The notes: generated from the sequence alone by a model not told the origin. A stretch of 64,000 bases of DNA from Tubulanus polymorphus (GCF_964204645.1 NC_134025.1:18823101-18887100), one strand, 5' to 3'; positions 39,035-54,362 are shown, numbered from the stretch's first letter. Program-made: numbers and translations.

Positions 39035-40099
39035 CATTGTAACTCAACGAAATGGAGTAGGCCCTAGCATTCCTTGATACTCCCCGGTTTGAACCTAATT
39101 ATTTCCTGACCAGACACGTGGAAAAAGAAAATGATGAGAACCCAGCAATCAATTTTTCGAATTCTGCCGAATGATGATGAATTAGATAACATGAAACCAG
39201 ATAAAGTAATAAAACATTTCAAAATATATGAAGAAGCTAGATTAGCTAGGATAAATGACTCTATTAGTGATGGAATAGTTAAATGTTACTCTAAGTTATG
39301 TTACCGAGTAATACCAATTGATGATGAAAATAAATTATATAGTGATTTAAAAAATGACTATTTAGTTATGACAGAATTACAGAAATGGGTTGGATACGCT
39401 TCATTCCAATTAGGTGGAATAATGACATTAATTTCTACTGGCGTAATAACATTTTCTAACATTAAACCTATAGAATACAAAGATAAAAATAAATCAGAAG
39501 ATATTGAATCCGAACAAAAATTAACTAAAATAAATGAGTGATGATTTTAAGAAGAAGCCTAGATCCGAAAAAAAATTAAATGGGCAGGGAATTAGGTAAG
39601 ATCTTCTGAGTTAAAAAAAGCTAAGAAAAAGAAATTAACTGATATAAATGAACCACAGAAATTATCTGTTATTAATTCGAATGATAATCCATCTAATGCT
39701 TCTAATGCTGGAAGTAATAATAAATTATATATTACAATTGGATTAGTAACAGTTATTATATTCTCCGGTGTAATGTATAAATATAAGTATAAATCTGATG
39801 ATAATGATGGTTATAAACCTATTATACCAGAAAATAAGTCAAATGATAAAATCATTGAAACTAAATCTAAATTATTATTAATGGATTCAAATAAGATGAA
39901 AAAAGAACAATATTTAAGAGATTTATATTATAACCCAGAGAGTGAAGTATCATATTCTAGTGTTTCAGAATTATGGGATAAAATTAATTCTGATAAAGAA
40001 AATATAAAATATAGTGAATTAAGATTATGGTTACAAAACCAACCCACATATCAAATCCACAAGAAAATGGATAAAAATTATCTAACAAGAAAAGTTAAT

Positions 40100-41016
40100 C
40101 AATCAATGGTAGATCACAATATCCGTGATACAACGATACGAGTAAAATCCCACAATAAAAGAATTAGATGAGAAAATGTTTATTAAAACATATAAGAAAT
40201 ATTTCGGGTGGTTACTACCACCCTTCTTCAGTCTAAAATGACTTGCCAAATACAGTATTAATACATGAAATATGAAATAGGACACGAATCGCTGCACATT
40301 ACGTTATGGGGACTAGAGCACTGACATAACTTGAAAGAAGTTTATTACGGGGGCTGAAACCATTATTGAGGTTGACAGAACGATCGGAATGAGTAGTAAT
40401 CAAAGCAGATTCAACTATATGTCGTTTAGTGCGACTACTGTTGGGAAAGATAATATTGGCTCCAGAAAAATCAAAATTGTGTCCGGTAACCAAAGAATTG
40501 GAGACTACCCCACTTTCTAATTTAACCCCATTAAATACATCTCGTTTATGTTCTTTGATACGATCCTTAATATTCCTACCGGTTTCCCCAATGTAAAAAA
40601 GGTTACAATCAGAACAGTTGATTTTATAAACTCCACAATGGACATTAGGGTTCAGATTGTTATTGGAGCAAAAATTAGAAATTTTGTTATTATACTTGAA
40701 AATTAAATCAGTATTCAAATGCTCTTCGTCATTTGAATACTGATTTAATTGTAACCTTTTTTACATTGGGGAAACCGGTAGGAATATTAAGGATCGTATC
40801 AAAGAACATAAACGAGATGTATTTAATGGGGTTAAATCTGCTTTGATTACTACTCATTCCGATCGTTCTGTCAACCTCAATAATGGTTTCAGCCCCCATA
40901 ATAAACTTCTTTCAAGTTATGTCAGTGCTCTAGTCCCCATAACGTAATGTGCAGCGATTCGTGTCCTATTTCATATTTCATGTATTAATACTGTATTTGG
41001 CAAGTCATTTTAGACT
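40100..41016 (-). mobile_element. Penelope-like retroelement fragment (GIY-YIG endonuclease) with inverted partial copy, inserted in relic integrase
   Basis: GVYKINCSDCNLFYIGETGR..RIKEH; ~40230-40600 inverted at ~40750-41016; 13-bp TSD AAGAAAAGTTAAT at 40087 and 41017. Confidence 0.85.
40190..40240 (-). ncRNA. Putative minimal type I hammerhead ribozyme
   Basis: Minus strand CUGAAGA-AGGGUGG-UAGUAA-CCACCC-GAAA-UAUU; stem I imperfect; expected in Penelope repeats. Confidence 0.55.
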
Positions 41017-43749
41017 AAGAAAAGTTAATGTTTCATATATTGACCAACAGTGGCAAGTGGATTTGATGGACATGAAGAACTTAGAAGAATACAACAAAGG
41101 ATATTTCTGGATATTAAATGTTATAGATATATTCAGTAGATACGCATGGTCAATTCCAATCAAAAGTAAAACTGGTATAGAAGTTACCAATGCTTTTAAA
41201 TCAATATTTAAAGAAGCTATTCCAGGTAAGATACAATTTGATGAAGGTAAGGAATTTTATAATAAACATTTAAAAAAATTATTATCTGATAACGATGTAG
41301 AATATTTTTCAACGCATTCAGATAAAAATCTATTATAGAAAGATTTAATAAAACATTGAAAACCAGAATGTGGAAATATTCTACTGCCAATGAAACATAT
41401 AAATATATCGATGTGTTAGATGATTTAGTGAAAGGTTATGATAATTCTAAACATAGTTCTATAAATATGGAACCTGTACGAGCTACAAAAGAAGATAATT
41501 CAGAAATAGTTTGGAATAATTTATATGGTGCGTTTGTTACACATGATTTTGGAGAACCAAAACTCAAAATTGGGCAACACGTTAGAGTATCTAAATATAG
41601 AAAAACATTTTATATAGGTCATACTCCAAATTTTACTGAAGCAATATTTAAAATTAAAAAAATAATATTAACTAAACCATTTGTTTATAAATTAGTAGAT
41701 TTAAAAGATGAAGATATATTAGGTTATTTCTATGAACAAGAATTATCGCTTGCACCAAATCCAGATAATATAGAATACAAAATAGAAAAAGTATTAAAAA
41801 CAAAAACTCTTAAAGGAAAAAAGTATTCTTTGGTGAAATATAAGGGTATGATGATAAATTTAATGAATGGATTTTATCTAGTAAAATTAAAAGAATAAAA
41901 AATGTCCCCTTCCTCGGGGCACGCAGTTGTACGACACGTGCTGGTAAAGTGGTGCTTGTAAAATTTATGCACGGACATAATCCGGCAACTAAAGTTGATG
42001 TGTCTGTTCAATCGATGGATCAGTTAATGGAGAAAGGTAGGCCTAAGTTTATTTGATTTATTAAAAACTAAATTTGAGTAGGTCTAGCGTAACTCGATCC
42101 GTCGATCATCCAGTTAAAAAAAATCTTACTAACTGGGTCTTGTGTTGAAATGATTGATAACTCATAACTGAATCAGTTTAAATCTTCATATTTTTCAGTG
42201 ACGACAAAGTTCCAATATACAACGGAACGATTTGTTTTAACTGATGGCTGTGTAATAGATGATGATGAAGCTCTAGCCGAACTCGAAAAAATGTCGACCA
42301 TAGTAGCTGTGTATCCCGGGATGGATCCACCCACGGGTAAGTAATCAGTTTGTTGAAAAAGCCCCTAGCAGAATATCAAATAATCTATGATTTCCTGTCT
42401 CTGGAACAATTGCTACATTCTAAAGTACCGTTAGCACAACAGAGACCTAGACCTCTTTGCTTGTCAATATGTAGGCCCTAAATCAATGGTGTCATATAGG
42501 AATTATCTCTTTTTATTTGTAGGTCATTTGAGTGGCCCGATACCTGTAGATCATGTGAGCTGCCCCATTCCTGTATCTTCGCAATCAACTGTGGGTTCAG
42601 TAAAATTAGATATCGAAGCCAAGTTAACTGAAATGAGGAAAAGACGACTGGCGGTAGGCCCATTGTTACTCTAAATAAGCTGAAGTGAGAACTATGTCAA
42701 TATGCTCATGCCATCCTCAATTGTTTTGAATAATAGTATTATAACAATCATTACTTCAAAGCATCCAGTAGTATTCTCGTGTATTTTATAGAAATTTTCT
42801 GAGTTGGTATCAACAAAAAAGAAGAAAGTTACATTGAAAGTGAAAGTTGGGTGGAAGAAGTATGATCAGGTCGAACGGAAATATAAACAAGTTTGAAGTT
42901 ACAATGGTGGAGGCAGTCGAGTTCTCGAACAGGACAGAAAGACTGATTACATGACTTTTATTATTTATTATGCCATTTAACAACATTGTTTCAACGAACG
43001 GATGAAAACATGCATTTAGAATTACACGGTGTAGATGGGAAATCGTTACCCTAAGATTATGTTTTGGAGACGTACATTAAAGAAAGCCATTTATGTGGAG
43101 AAATTTTTTTTTTACCGTGTAGTGGCTATCAGAGAAAGTTCTCTCTTGAAGTTTAATGGGTCTTATTGTTGTAATTTATCGCTTTTCTATCAACCCTAGT
43201 AACTGATTCTATTGTTGTAAGTTATGGATAAAAGTGGTTGATTTTGCTAATTGGAGATGTTACACAGCTATTTATGTAAGTACAAATTTGTCAATAGCTG
43301 AGAAGGTTTTAATATTTAATTTGTTCTAGTATTCAATTGCTAATTTTCAATGAATATATTGCAGTTGAATTTAGGTGACAGTAAATTAATTCAAATTTCC
43401 AGGTCAAATGTTCTCTTTATGGCCAGTTTTTGTTAAATATTTCCAAAACGGTTGATTCTAGACCCCAAGTGTTGCATGCCGTTTTAATCAGAATAAAAAT
43501 GTGTTTAATGTAAGCTATTGAGTAAGGTTCTAACTAAACAATTTTGTTTTTCGAAATTTTTAATCCCATCGAAAACTTGGTAAAAAAAAACTGAAATCTG
43601 AGGAAAACCCCAATCAATAGCTGAAATGAAAGAAATTCCTTTACATTGTATTCTGTATGTTGACTGATGGATCATTGCCTCTTTCACCCATGTTGACACA
43701 CTGGGAAACCATTGGTATCGGTCAACTCAGATCGAACACGGTCTATAAT

Positions 43750-46700
43750 AAAAGCTAGTAAATCCAGAAATGACGGTCTTCATGAGAACCTTGAAAACAG
43801 TTTGAATTCAGGTTATATAGAAATTTAATGACACCGAGAATGTGTTTCGTTGTATACCTCTAAGACACACATAGGTATTTGAAGCGTTTACATAATGAAT
43901 GACTCAACGGAAGATACATCAAATAAAAGATCTCGTCGGTCGGAATCTGGTGCTTATGACATCAAACAAAGGTGCATTTTTGCAGAACTGCTGAGCGTGG
44001 CAAGCAGCAAACGTTCAAAGAAAATATTATCGACATTTGCAAAGTCGAAATGATGATTTAGGTCATGAGGTCCAGATTCGTTTATCCGGAGTAATTAGTG
44101 ACTTGCATGCAGTTGATGCGAGATATCACGATGACTGTAGGAAAACATGCATGTCACCCAGATCAGTAGCATCAGCCGGGCAATATGAAGAGAAATGTAA
44201 ATTTGAACCAACAGTCAACTACTGTTTCTGTCATGAAAAAAGATATGTCACGTATTTGGAACTCTATTGAAGTTTTCAATGTTTACAAGGATAATGGTGG
44301 ATTGCTGTCTCGTAGAGTACTTTTGAACAAACTTTTAGATAATATTGGATCCTGGCCTTCTCATTCTGTCTGGAGTAGGTATAGCAAGTTTCCTTATATT
44401 TCGGAGTAAAGCATCAGCTGTAATCAATATAGTAGCATCTAATGATGACGCCGATCCACGTCAGGCATCTATTAAAGCTGTAGCATCCATGATAACTGAA
44501 GAATCTAAAGAACTGTCCTCTGAACAAAGTTATTATAACACTAGAGTCAACCTTGATATTGCAAATGCAGCAGTTAGTCCTACTATCACTACTAAAATGT
44601 ATTTCTGATAAGCTGTATAATACATTACCTGGAAACTTATTAGGGAACATTGTTATAAGTATTGTAAGTAGTAAACCAACTGCCCTTCAGATTTCTCTTG
44701 GAGTACTTATAGACCGTAAATGTATAATTGACCTCATGTATAACTATCGGCTCACATGTTCATATGATGAGGTACTGCGGTTTAAAGCTCCAGCTGCAAT
44801 AGCTTCAACTGTTGATTCCAAAGTCAGAGGAACAGTAAGCTCAGGGCTAGTTCAGTATGCTAATATCTCATCACAGAATGGGCTTCCATCCACGCATTCA
44901 CTTGCAGTCCTTATAACAGTTGAAGATGATAGGGCAATGCATCAAAATAATACCTTGATCCAGCGTATAACAAAGGATGAAATGAAAATGCCGCTGAAAG
45001 AAGATTTCCCGATACAGCGATATCATGGACCAAAAAATCCAGCAATGCCAAGCGAAATTACGAAGCGAAGTCTTCTGTCCCTCAGGATTTTAGCACATCA
45101 AACTATCCAACTAAACAGATGTCAATCGTTGGACTTTGAATTCCTGAAACAGGTCACATCCAAACAAAATGTACCTGAGTTTAATGGCTTTAACACATGC
45201 ATCAGTAGAGAACAAGGGCAGGTTTCACAACCAGCGACAAGAGCTATCTATACGCCATTAATAGACATGGATCCTGCAGATCAAGATACAATGTTGACCG
45301 CGATGGTTGAAGGACAACGTCTGACAACGAATGACCTAGGACAGGAAATCACCCTTATTTACAAATGACCAGCAGCTCTATCGCATCACCGTGAATAACA
45401 CATGGGTGTACAGGGAGCGATTTGTAAATTTCATTCCTAGGTTAGTTGGGATGCATACATTGATGGGTTTTATTGGTTGCGTTGGGAATCTAATTGGCAG
45501 ACACTGGATTGGCTGATATTATGAAATCTGCTTTTGGAGCCAACATGTTAAGTGGGAAGAAATTTCCGCAAAACTTCCGAGCATTACGACTGGTGACTGA
45601 AGAGGTGCTCCGTTCAACATTACAGGACACAATATCCTATGATGAGTTGATGACTTATCTTGAAAAAAACTCTAAGGAAAGCCAAACCACCATACTGTGG
45701 GTGCAAAATTTGATAAAGCCAGTGTTGATAATGATGATGTTTGTTCGTGCAGAACGCGAGGCAGATTGGCCACTCCACCTTACTTTCCTTACTTCTTTGC
45801 TGCGGGACATCACAACTATGCGAGATACGGGCTTTACTACCTTCGGCCAATGGAGAAGCTTAATGGTACTGTGCTAGAACAATTTATGAAAGGTGAGTAT
45901 GTGACGCGTCACCGGAGGGGAGTGTGGAATGGCATATGGTCTGACATGTTTATAGAAACAACGTTTATGAGATATGGAAAGGGACCCCATGGAACACACT
46001 TCAACCAGCGACGGTAAAACGATGGGCGTACAGTACGCACATTTGTCGCCAGATAGTGGATGATTTGGTAACTATGCGTGATACTGGTGGAACTGAGGCC
46101 CGAAAACACAAAGAGGAGAATGCTGCAAGAATCCGATCTGATGATATTGACCGGGCAAAGATTCGGGAATATCTGCTGTATCATATAGATCCTATTATTC
46201 CTGATGGTCATCCAGAAGGCATTGTTAATATTGCAACAGGTAGGATAGGACCTAAAAATGTAAACGTACATAAGGCACCAGTAAGTGGAGAAAAAAAAAC
46301 AAATGAAGCTGTTTGAAGAAAGTTGGCCAAGTGGATTCCACTCTACATTAACCAAGAAAAATGTTATAACGATGGCAGTGACTAGAAAAATTCTGTGTGT
46401 GTGTGTGATCTTGATGTCTTATACTTGAGAGTAATGGGCCTCCAACAAACACGGGACATAGATGTTTCTAAGATGCTTACCTTTGAGCTATCACCTGTAG
46501 CAACCTCCATATTCGATGAAAAGGGGGAAATGCGTATCCCCAATAATAAGGCAACATTGAAGATATCTCTCCAAGTTGAATATCGTCAAACGCTAAACCA
46601 AGATCCTATTACTACTACCATTCTTGATGGATGCGCAATACTTTGGATTATCCACTGGCCAAAAGGAACTGTACATGACTATGTAAACGGCTTTACAAGT

Positions 46701-46895
46701 TACATCTTATCAAAAGTGGAATCATCTGATGGTCACCTAGTTTTTGACAGGTACGCCGATTTCAGCATAAAAAGTGGAACAAGAACACGAGAGGAGGACA
46801 GCTTGCTACGAGGGTGCATAAGTTAAATTTCAACACTCCACTACCACCACAGAAGGTTGTCTTGACAGTGTCTGACAATAAAAAACAGTTAATTG
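43750..46895 (+). pseudogene. Decayed Academ-like transposase with start of an XPG/PIN-like domain
   Basis: DLHAVDARYH, DQQLY, GMH, GKKFPQNFRALR, READWPLHL, PYFFAAGHHNYARY, ILDGCAILW..LVFDRY; many frameshifts; superfamily from recall. Confidence 0.6.
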
Positions 46896-46897
46896 TG

Positions 46898-49367
46898 GTG
46901 TCACTAAACCTAAGACCCCCTAAACCTAAGACCTAAGATCTAAGACCTGTTAGGTCTTATGTTTAGGGGGTCTTAGGTTTAGTGACACCTATATATGATA
47001 TACTTAACCTAAGACCCATAAACCTAAGGCCCCCAAATATCTCGTCCAAAGTACACAAATAACGAATTAGAGCCAGGTCCTATGTTTATGGGTCTTAGGT
47101 TTAGTGACACCTATATATAATATACTAAACCTACTAAACCTAAGACCCATAAACCTAAGACCCTCAAATATCTGATAAATAAACCAGATTTAAATAGGCC
47201 ATCGATGGAAATTTTAACTAATATCTATACATGTATATTAGAACCATTTTGAATAGTCTAAAGTACACAAATAATGATTTAGAGTCGGGTCTTAGGTTTA
47301 TGGGTCTTAGGTTTAGTGACACCTATATATATTATACTAAACCTAAGACCCATAAACCTAAGATCCTCAAATATCTCGTCTCTGATAAATGAACCAGATT
47401 TAAATAGGCCATCGATGGATCATTTTTACTGATACTTATATATTAGAACTTCAAAGTACACAAATAACGAGATATTTGGGGGTCTTATGTTTATGGGTCT
47501 TAGTTTAAGTGACACCTATATATGATATACTAAACATAAGACCCATAAACATAAGACCCCCAAATATCTCGTCTCTGATAAAGATGCCTTTAATATATCT
47601 ATACCTAAAGAATAGATTGATCATGCGTTAAATACATGATAGATCCATCATCGTTACGGCTAGAGAGTTAAACTACATCGGCTGCTGCCGTATGAGCTTA
47701 ATTTTCTTGATTCAAAAGAAAATGTGTGGAGAAAATCTTTGTGAAAATAGACAACTGTAATAATCGGAAGGCAAATGTGAAAATCCGAGAGTTTATCAAG
47801 CGATTGTCCTCGGGAAAATAGAATGCAAAATGCATAATAATAGTCAACTTTTAAGCGCTGCAGAAATGGGAAACAAGTTGTCGAGTTCTTTAGTTTAAAT
47901 ATGGTCAATAATATCTCTAAATTGGACTGCAAGTTTTTTTTTTCATTCTGCATAAAAAAGAAATTGCCATGATGACAACAGGCCTACACATGGCTGTGCT
48001 ATTAAGATAATTTCGTAATGGCTTAAAACAGGTGTACGATACAAATATATCATAAATCACGAAAAAAACAGGTCCCGCTAAACGTCTGTAAATCGCAGAT
48101 GTCGAATGACCTATTTATTTTAGTTGTTCTCCAACTTAGTGTCAGCGGAACACAACAGGCTGAGTTTAAATGATCTTATTCAACCAAATAACTCTCCTCA
48201 TCGAGCTACATTTTTTTTAATATTCATTCTTTTTTTCTAGAGATTTACAAGTAGCTGGTGAACTGACACATGTATTTTAGAACCATTTTTAAATCGTCCA
48301 AAGTACACAAAATAATGAATTAGAGTCGGGTCTTATGTTTATGGGTCTTATGTTTAGTGACACCTATATATAATATACTAAACCTAAGACCTATAAACCT
48401 AGGACCCTCAAATATCTTGTCTCTGATAAATAAACCAAATTTGAATAGGCCATCGATGGATCATTTTAACTAATATCTATATATTAGAACCATTTTGAAT
48501 AGTCTAAAGTACACAAATAATGATTTAGAGTCGGGTCTTAGGTTAATGGGTCTTAGGTTTAGTGACACCTATATATATTATACTAAACCTAATCCCCATA
48601 AACCTAAGACCCCCAAATATCTCGTCTCTGATAAATGAACCAGATTTAAATAGGCCATCGATGGATCATTTTAACTGATACTAATATATTAGAACTTCAA
48701 AGTACACAAATAACGATATATTTGGGGGTCTTATGTTTATGGGTCTTAGGTTTAGTGACACCTATATATGATATACTAAACATAAGACCCATAAACATAA
48801 GACCTCCAAATATCTCGTCTCTGATAAAGATGCCTTTAATATATCTATACCTAAAGAATAGAGTGATCATGCGTTAAATACATGATAGATCCATCATCGT
48901 TACGGCTAGAGAGTTCAAACTACATCGGCTGCTGCCGTATGAGCTTAATTGTCTTGATTCAAAAGAAAATGTGTGGAGAAAATCTTTGTGAAAAGAGACA
49001 ACTGTAATAATCGGAAGGAAAATGTGAAAATCCGAGAGTTTATCAAGCGATTGTCCTCGGAAAAATAGAATGCAAATTGCATAATAATAGTCAACTTTTA
49101 AGCGCTGCAGAAATGGGAAACAAGTTGTCGAGTTCTTTAGTTTAAGTATGGTCAATAATATCTCTCAATTGGACTGCAAGTTTTTTTTTCATTCTGCTTA
49201 AAAAGAAATTGCCATTATGACAACAGGCCTACACATGACTGTGCTATTAAGATAATTTCGTAATGGCTTAAAACAGGTGTACGATACAAATAGATCATAA
49301 ATCACGAAAAAAAACTATCAGGTCCCGCTAAACGTCTGTAAATCGCAGATGTCGAATTACCTATTTA
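46898..49367. repeat. Complex repeat of inverted TAAACCTAAGACC arrays with ~1.25-kb direct duplication
   Basis: 47581 region recurs at 48827 (offset 1246); alternating AAACCTAAGACCC / GGGTCTTAGGTTT blocks. Confidence 0.85.
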
Positions 49368-50016
49368 TTAGGGTTTCTGCTGCTTTCGCAGAAAACCTCT
49401 TGTATTCCTGTTGATTAATGGTCCACTTCCCAGCCAAAAATTTTTCATAAAATGTAACTCCTCTCAGATTCGACTACCAAGAGCTTATAAACGTAATTTT
49501 GAATTCTGTCAGAAATATAACTCAGCGCCTGACCATTTCGAATTTGCGTATAGTCATCTATTATGAATTAATCCCGCATAATTACCGGGTCTAAACAGCG
49601 ACAAGAATAACGCAAAGAATCGTCATCCATTGATAAAAGTGCACCCCTAAGAGCCTAAAATTTACCGCACGACCTTGAGCATCATAGTCAACCGTAAATC
49701 ACGGAATCAGACTTACAAATTAGTCCGGATCCGTCATTTTCCACGAACGATAACTACAGCGGGTGCGTAATAAGTGTCTTATTAATGAAACATGGTGGAT
49801 GGTTGAAATTATTTTCGGCTTAAATTTATCGCGAGTTTTAGGACCTTAATGAATTTCACGAAACCACGATCCTTAAAATGAGTCAATTGGTTAATTCTAT
49901 TCGTAAATCAATTTACGTTGGCTTCATTTCCTGAAGATTTCTGGCTCGATTCAACGTAATATGGACAGAAATGGTAGGAATTTTCATACGGAATTTTACT
50001 TCCGCGTTTACTCGAC

Positions 50017-50222
50017 AGTAATAGGAGTTTAGTTGTTTCATACCAAAGGTCGAAAGGTCGAGCCCGAGAAATTTTCCAAATGTTAAAATAACAATAATTT
50101 CTACTTGAATTAGTCGCGTACACTCCTAATTCAAGTAGAAATTATTATTATTTTAACATTTGGAAAATTTATCAACCTCAACCTTTCGACCTTTGATATG
50201 AAACAACTAAACCCCTATTACT
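50017..50222 (+). repeat. Terminal imperfect hairpin of E2 (206 nt)
   Basis: AGTAATAGGAGTTTAGTTGTTTCATA pairs with TATGAAACAACTAAACCCCTATTACT. Confidence 0.93.
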
Positions 50223-50304
50223 CTTAAAATATTCATATATATATGAATAACATTTAAATCATTGAACTTCTAAAATCAATTTTAATAAAAAATTTAGTAT
50301 TAAA

Positions 50305-53300
50305 ATGGAAGCAAATAAGTACTACTGCCCAACATGTAATATCGATATAGATAAATCCCAAAAAGCAAGACACAATAAAACTAGAACACATTTAGAGAAT
50401 AAATTGAAACTAGAATATAAAGATGATATATTAGAAACTAAATTAGAAGAATTAAAGGATGAAAAAGAAACATACAAATGTGATATATGTAATCAATCAT
50501 TCAGTGATAAAAGATATTATAAAGAACATTTAAAATCTATAAGTCATATTAGAAATAAGAATAATGATATTTTAGGTGAAGATTATTTTGATAATGATAA
50601 CGATAAGAAACATAAGACAATTAAAAGAATAAAAAATAAATTAAACAATAAAAGACCATATATGGAAGATGTAAGAAATTATATTAATTCATTAGATAAT
50701 AAAAAAGATATAGAGATAACCGAAGCATTTAAAAGTGATATTGGTCCAGCAGCTATCGAGTTTAAATTTCATAAAAGTAAAACAATAGAAGAAAATAAAA
50801 AACATTTAGAAAATATGAAAGAAATAATAAAAATAATTACAGATGTTGAATATCCTAAAATTAGTATATCAGTTAAAGTAAAGTTTATAAAATCTGAAGA
50901 TAAACCAATATATAATATAAATTCTCATTCACAACATATTATATCTAAACAACATATAGATGATAAATTAGATAAATGTTATAATGAAATAAAAACTAAA
51001 ATAGAAGAGAAATATTTTGAAGGATCTGGTTTAATATTTGATGAGATAATATTTATAACTTTACATGTTTATAACACAAAATATAATAAGTTAACTAAAT
51101 CAAAACCAATTGATGAAAATAATTTATCATATTATAAAGATGATAGTATAAATGGAACAAGTTATATTAAACTACCATTTAAAACTAATGGTGTAATAAA
51201 TATACAAAATTTTGATAATAAATGTTTTCTATGGGTTATAATAAGTTGTTTACATCCAACAGAAGATATTACACACAGTTTTAGATTAACTCATTATAAA
51301 CCATTTGAAAATAATTATAAGATAGATAAGTATCCTGTTAGAATTAAAAACATCCCAAAAATAGAAAGAGATAATAATATAAAGATAAATGTATTTGATT
51401 TAATCAAATTACCAAATACAAAAGGAAATAATATTAAACATTATACATTAGAACCTTTATACCTATCAAAAGATTATGATTCAAATGATGTTATAGATAT
51501 ACTATATTATGAGAATCATTACATGTGGATTAAACAAATCGATTTATTTTTTAAATCAGAAAATGATTTTGATAATAAGATATATATATGTAGAAAATGT
51601 TTACATAAATTCAGAACTGAAGGTGCATTATTAAATCATAAACAACTATGTGATAATCATGATTATTGTAAATTAGTTTTACCAAATGAAAAGGATAAAA
51701 TATTAGAATTCAAAAAATATGATTACAAAAATAAAGTACCATTTGTAATATATGGAGATTTTGAATCATTAAATAAAGAATTAACAGATAAAGATAGAAA
51801 AGATATATATTATAAAAGAAAGAAATTAAATTCTAATGAAAGTGATTATTCAGATGAACCACCAATAACAAATACAATTAAAAAGATTCATCAATCAGCT
51901 GCAGCTTTCGGGTTATATATTAAATCTAATTATCCAGAACTAATCGAAAGTGAATATTATAATTATAGAAATGAAAATGTTATCAATCATTTTTGTGACA
52001 TTAATTGAATATGAAATAAGATTTAGTAAATTATTGAATACAAATAAAGAATTAATTATGACAGAAGAAGATAAAGAAGAATTTGAGTTTGCAGATAAAT
52101 GTTATTATTGTAATCAAGTATTCTATTCATCTGATAAAAAAGTAAGAGACCATAATCATTTGAATGGAAAGTTTAGAGGCGCTGCACATGAGAATTGTAA
52201 TTTGCAAGCAAAGAAAATCAATTTTGTCCCCATTATATTTCATAATCTATCAGGATATGATGCACATTTATTTATCAAACAGCTATGTTATAAAATAGAA
52301 GAAATCAATAATGAAATAGAAATATTAAATTCAAATAGATCAAAAGATAAAATACCAACTTATAAATTTAGAATGTTAGCTAAAACATCTGAGAATTATA
52401 TATCATTCCAATTTGGTTGTCTAAGATTTATAGATTCATATAGATTTTTAAGTAGTTCATTAGATAACTTATCAAAATCATTAGTTGATGATGAATTAAA
52501 GATATTAAAAGAATATTACCCAAATAATGATGATTTTAAATTAATGAGATATAAAGGAGCGATTCCATATTCTTTCTATAAAAATCATAATGATTTTAAA
52601 ATAACTGAATTATTGAAAGAACAATTTTATGATGAATTAAAAAATGAATATGTTAAAGATGAAGTCTATAATAGAACATTGAATATTTGGAATCATTTCG
52701 AAATTAAAAATCATGGACAATTAGTAGATTTATATTTAAAATCAGATGTATTATTATTAACCGATATATTCGAAAGGTTTAGAGATGTAAACCTAAAATA
52801 TTTTAACATTGATCCTTGTCATTGTTATTCATCACCAGGATTAACATGGGATTGTGGATTAAAATTTACAGATATAAAAATGGATTTGTTAACCAATATA
52901 GATCAATTACTATTATTTGAAAAATCTATAAGAGGAGGTGTTTCAGGTGTATTGGGTGATAGATATTTCAATGTAAATGATAATCCTGGATATAAATTAT
53001 TATACATAGATGCAAATAATCTTTATGGTTGGGCAATGATGGAACCACAACCTTATGGGATGTTTGAAATAACTGAAGTTTTACAAATTGATAAATTTGA
53101 TTGGAAGAAAAGAATCCTAGATATTGCAGATGATTCAGATATTGGTTACTTCTTCGTTGTAGATTTAGAATACCCTGAAAATATTAAATTCAAATCTAGA
53201 AATCTAGCATATTGTCCCGAACATAAAACTGTTAAACATGAAGAATTATCAAATTATCAAAAAAGAATTAAACCCGATAATCATATTCATACTGAAAAGT

Positions 53301-54334
53301 TAATGGTAACTCAAGAAAATAAATATAATTACGTTGTGCATTATAGAATGTTGAAGTTTTATTTGAATCAAGGAATGATTCTAAAAAAAGTACATAGATA
53401 TATTTCATTCAGTCAATCTAAATGGTTAGAAAAATATATAGATTTTAATACTACACAGAGAACTAAAGCTAAAACTGATTTTGAGAAGGATTTCTTCAAA
53501 CTAATGAATAATGCATTCTATGGAAAAACTTGTGAAAATATTAGAAATAGAAATGATATTGAGTTAGTTAGTAATGGTAAAAGGATAAGGCATTTACAAT
53601 CATATCCTAAGTTTATAGGTAACAGAATATTTGATGAAAATTTAGCAGCAGTTAAGATGAGAAGAACTTCTATGAAGTTCAATAAACCTATTTATGTTGG
53701 TGCATCAGTTCTAGAAATTTCAAAATTATTAATGTATCAATTTTACTATAACATATTACAACCCCATTTTGGAGAAAAACACATAGAAATTCTATACTTT
53801 GATACAGATTCTTACATATTAAAGATAAAAACTGATAACATAACAGATGATTTAAAAACATTAAAACATCATTTTGATTTCAGTAACTATCCAAAAAATC
53901 ATGAATTGTTTAGCAATGATAATAAAAAAGTTCCAGGGAAGTTTAAGGATGAATTAGGTGGTGAAGAAATGATAGAGTTCATTGGTATTATATCTAAAAT
54001 GTATTCATATAAAACTAAAGAACATGAAGCTAAAAAGTTAAAAGGAATAACCAAAAGCGTTGTTGAAAAGAATATTCATTTTAAAGATTACATCAATTGT
54101 ATATTTAATGAAGAAGTTAGAAAACATAAGATGAAATGTTTAAGATCTGAAGATCATGAAATGTATATTGAAGAGATAGAGAAGATAAGTCTAAACCCAT
54201 TTGATGATAAAAGATATATTTTAGATGATGGAATCCACACAGTCGCCTATGGTTGCAATTTAGATGAATATATAAAATTCAAAAGAGAAGAAACAAAAGA
54301 AAATGAGATTATGAAAAGGATTCTAACGTGTTAA
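50305..54334 (+). pseudogene. polB: Protein-primed-type PolB (~1340 aa), single 2-bp frameshift near 52000
   Basis: Same motifs as E1; GTGACATTAATT versus E1 GTGACTTATTAATT. Confidence 0.92.
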
Positions 54335-54362
54335 TCAATTTCAATAAAAATTTGTATAATAA

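Larger units (their letters stand above)
39179..41899 (+). mobile_element. Relic of the same Polinton family (two small genes plus integrase), inverted relative to E1/E2
   Basis: ORFs 39131, 39773, 40949, 41356 match E1 13263-15130; frameshifts; no TIR seen. Confidence 0.92.

Noticed and set aside
41900-43150. Possible host gene exons
   Set aside because: Only short broken frames with splice-like signals; no product can be supported
51950-52010. Programmed frameshift in PolB
   Set aside because: E1 is in frame here and breaks elsewhere; a simple 2-bp loss explains it
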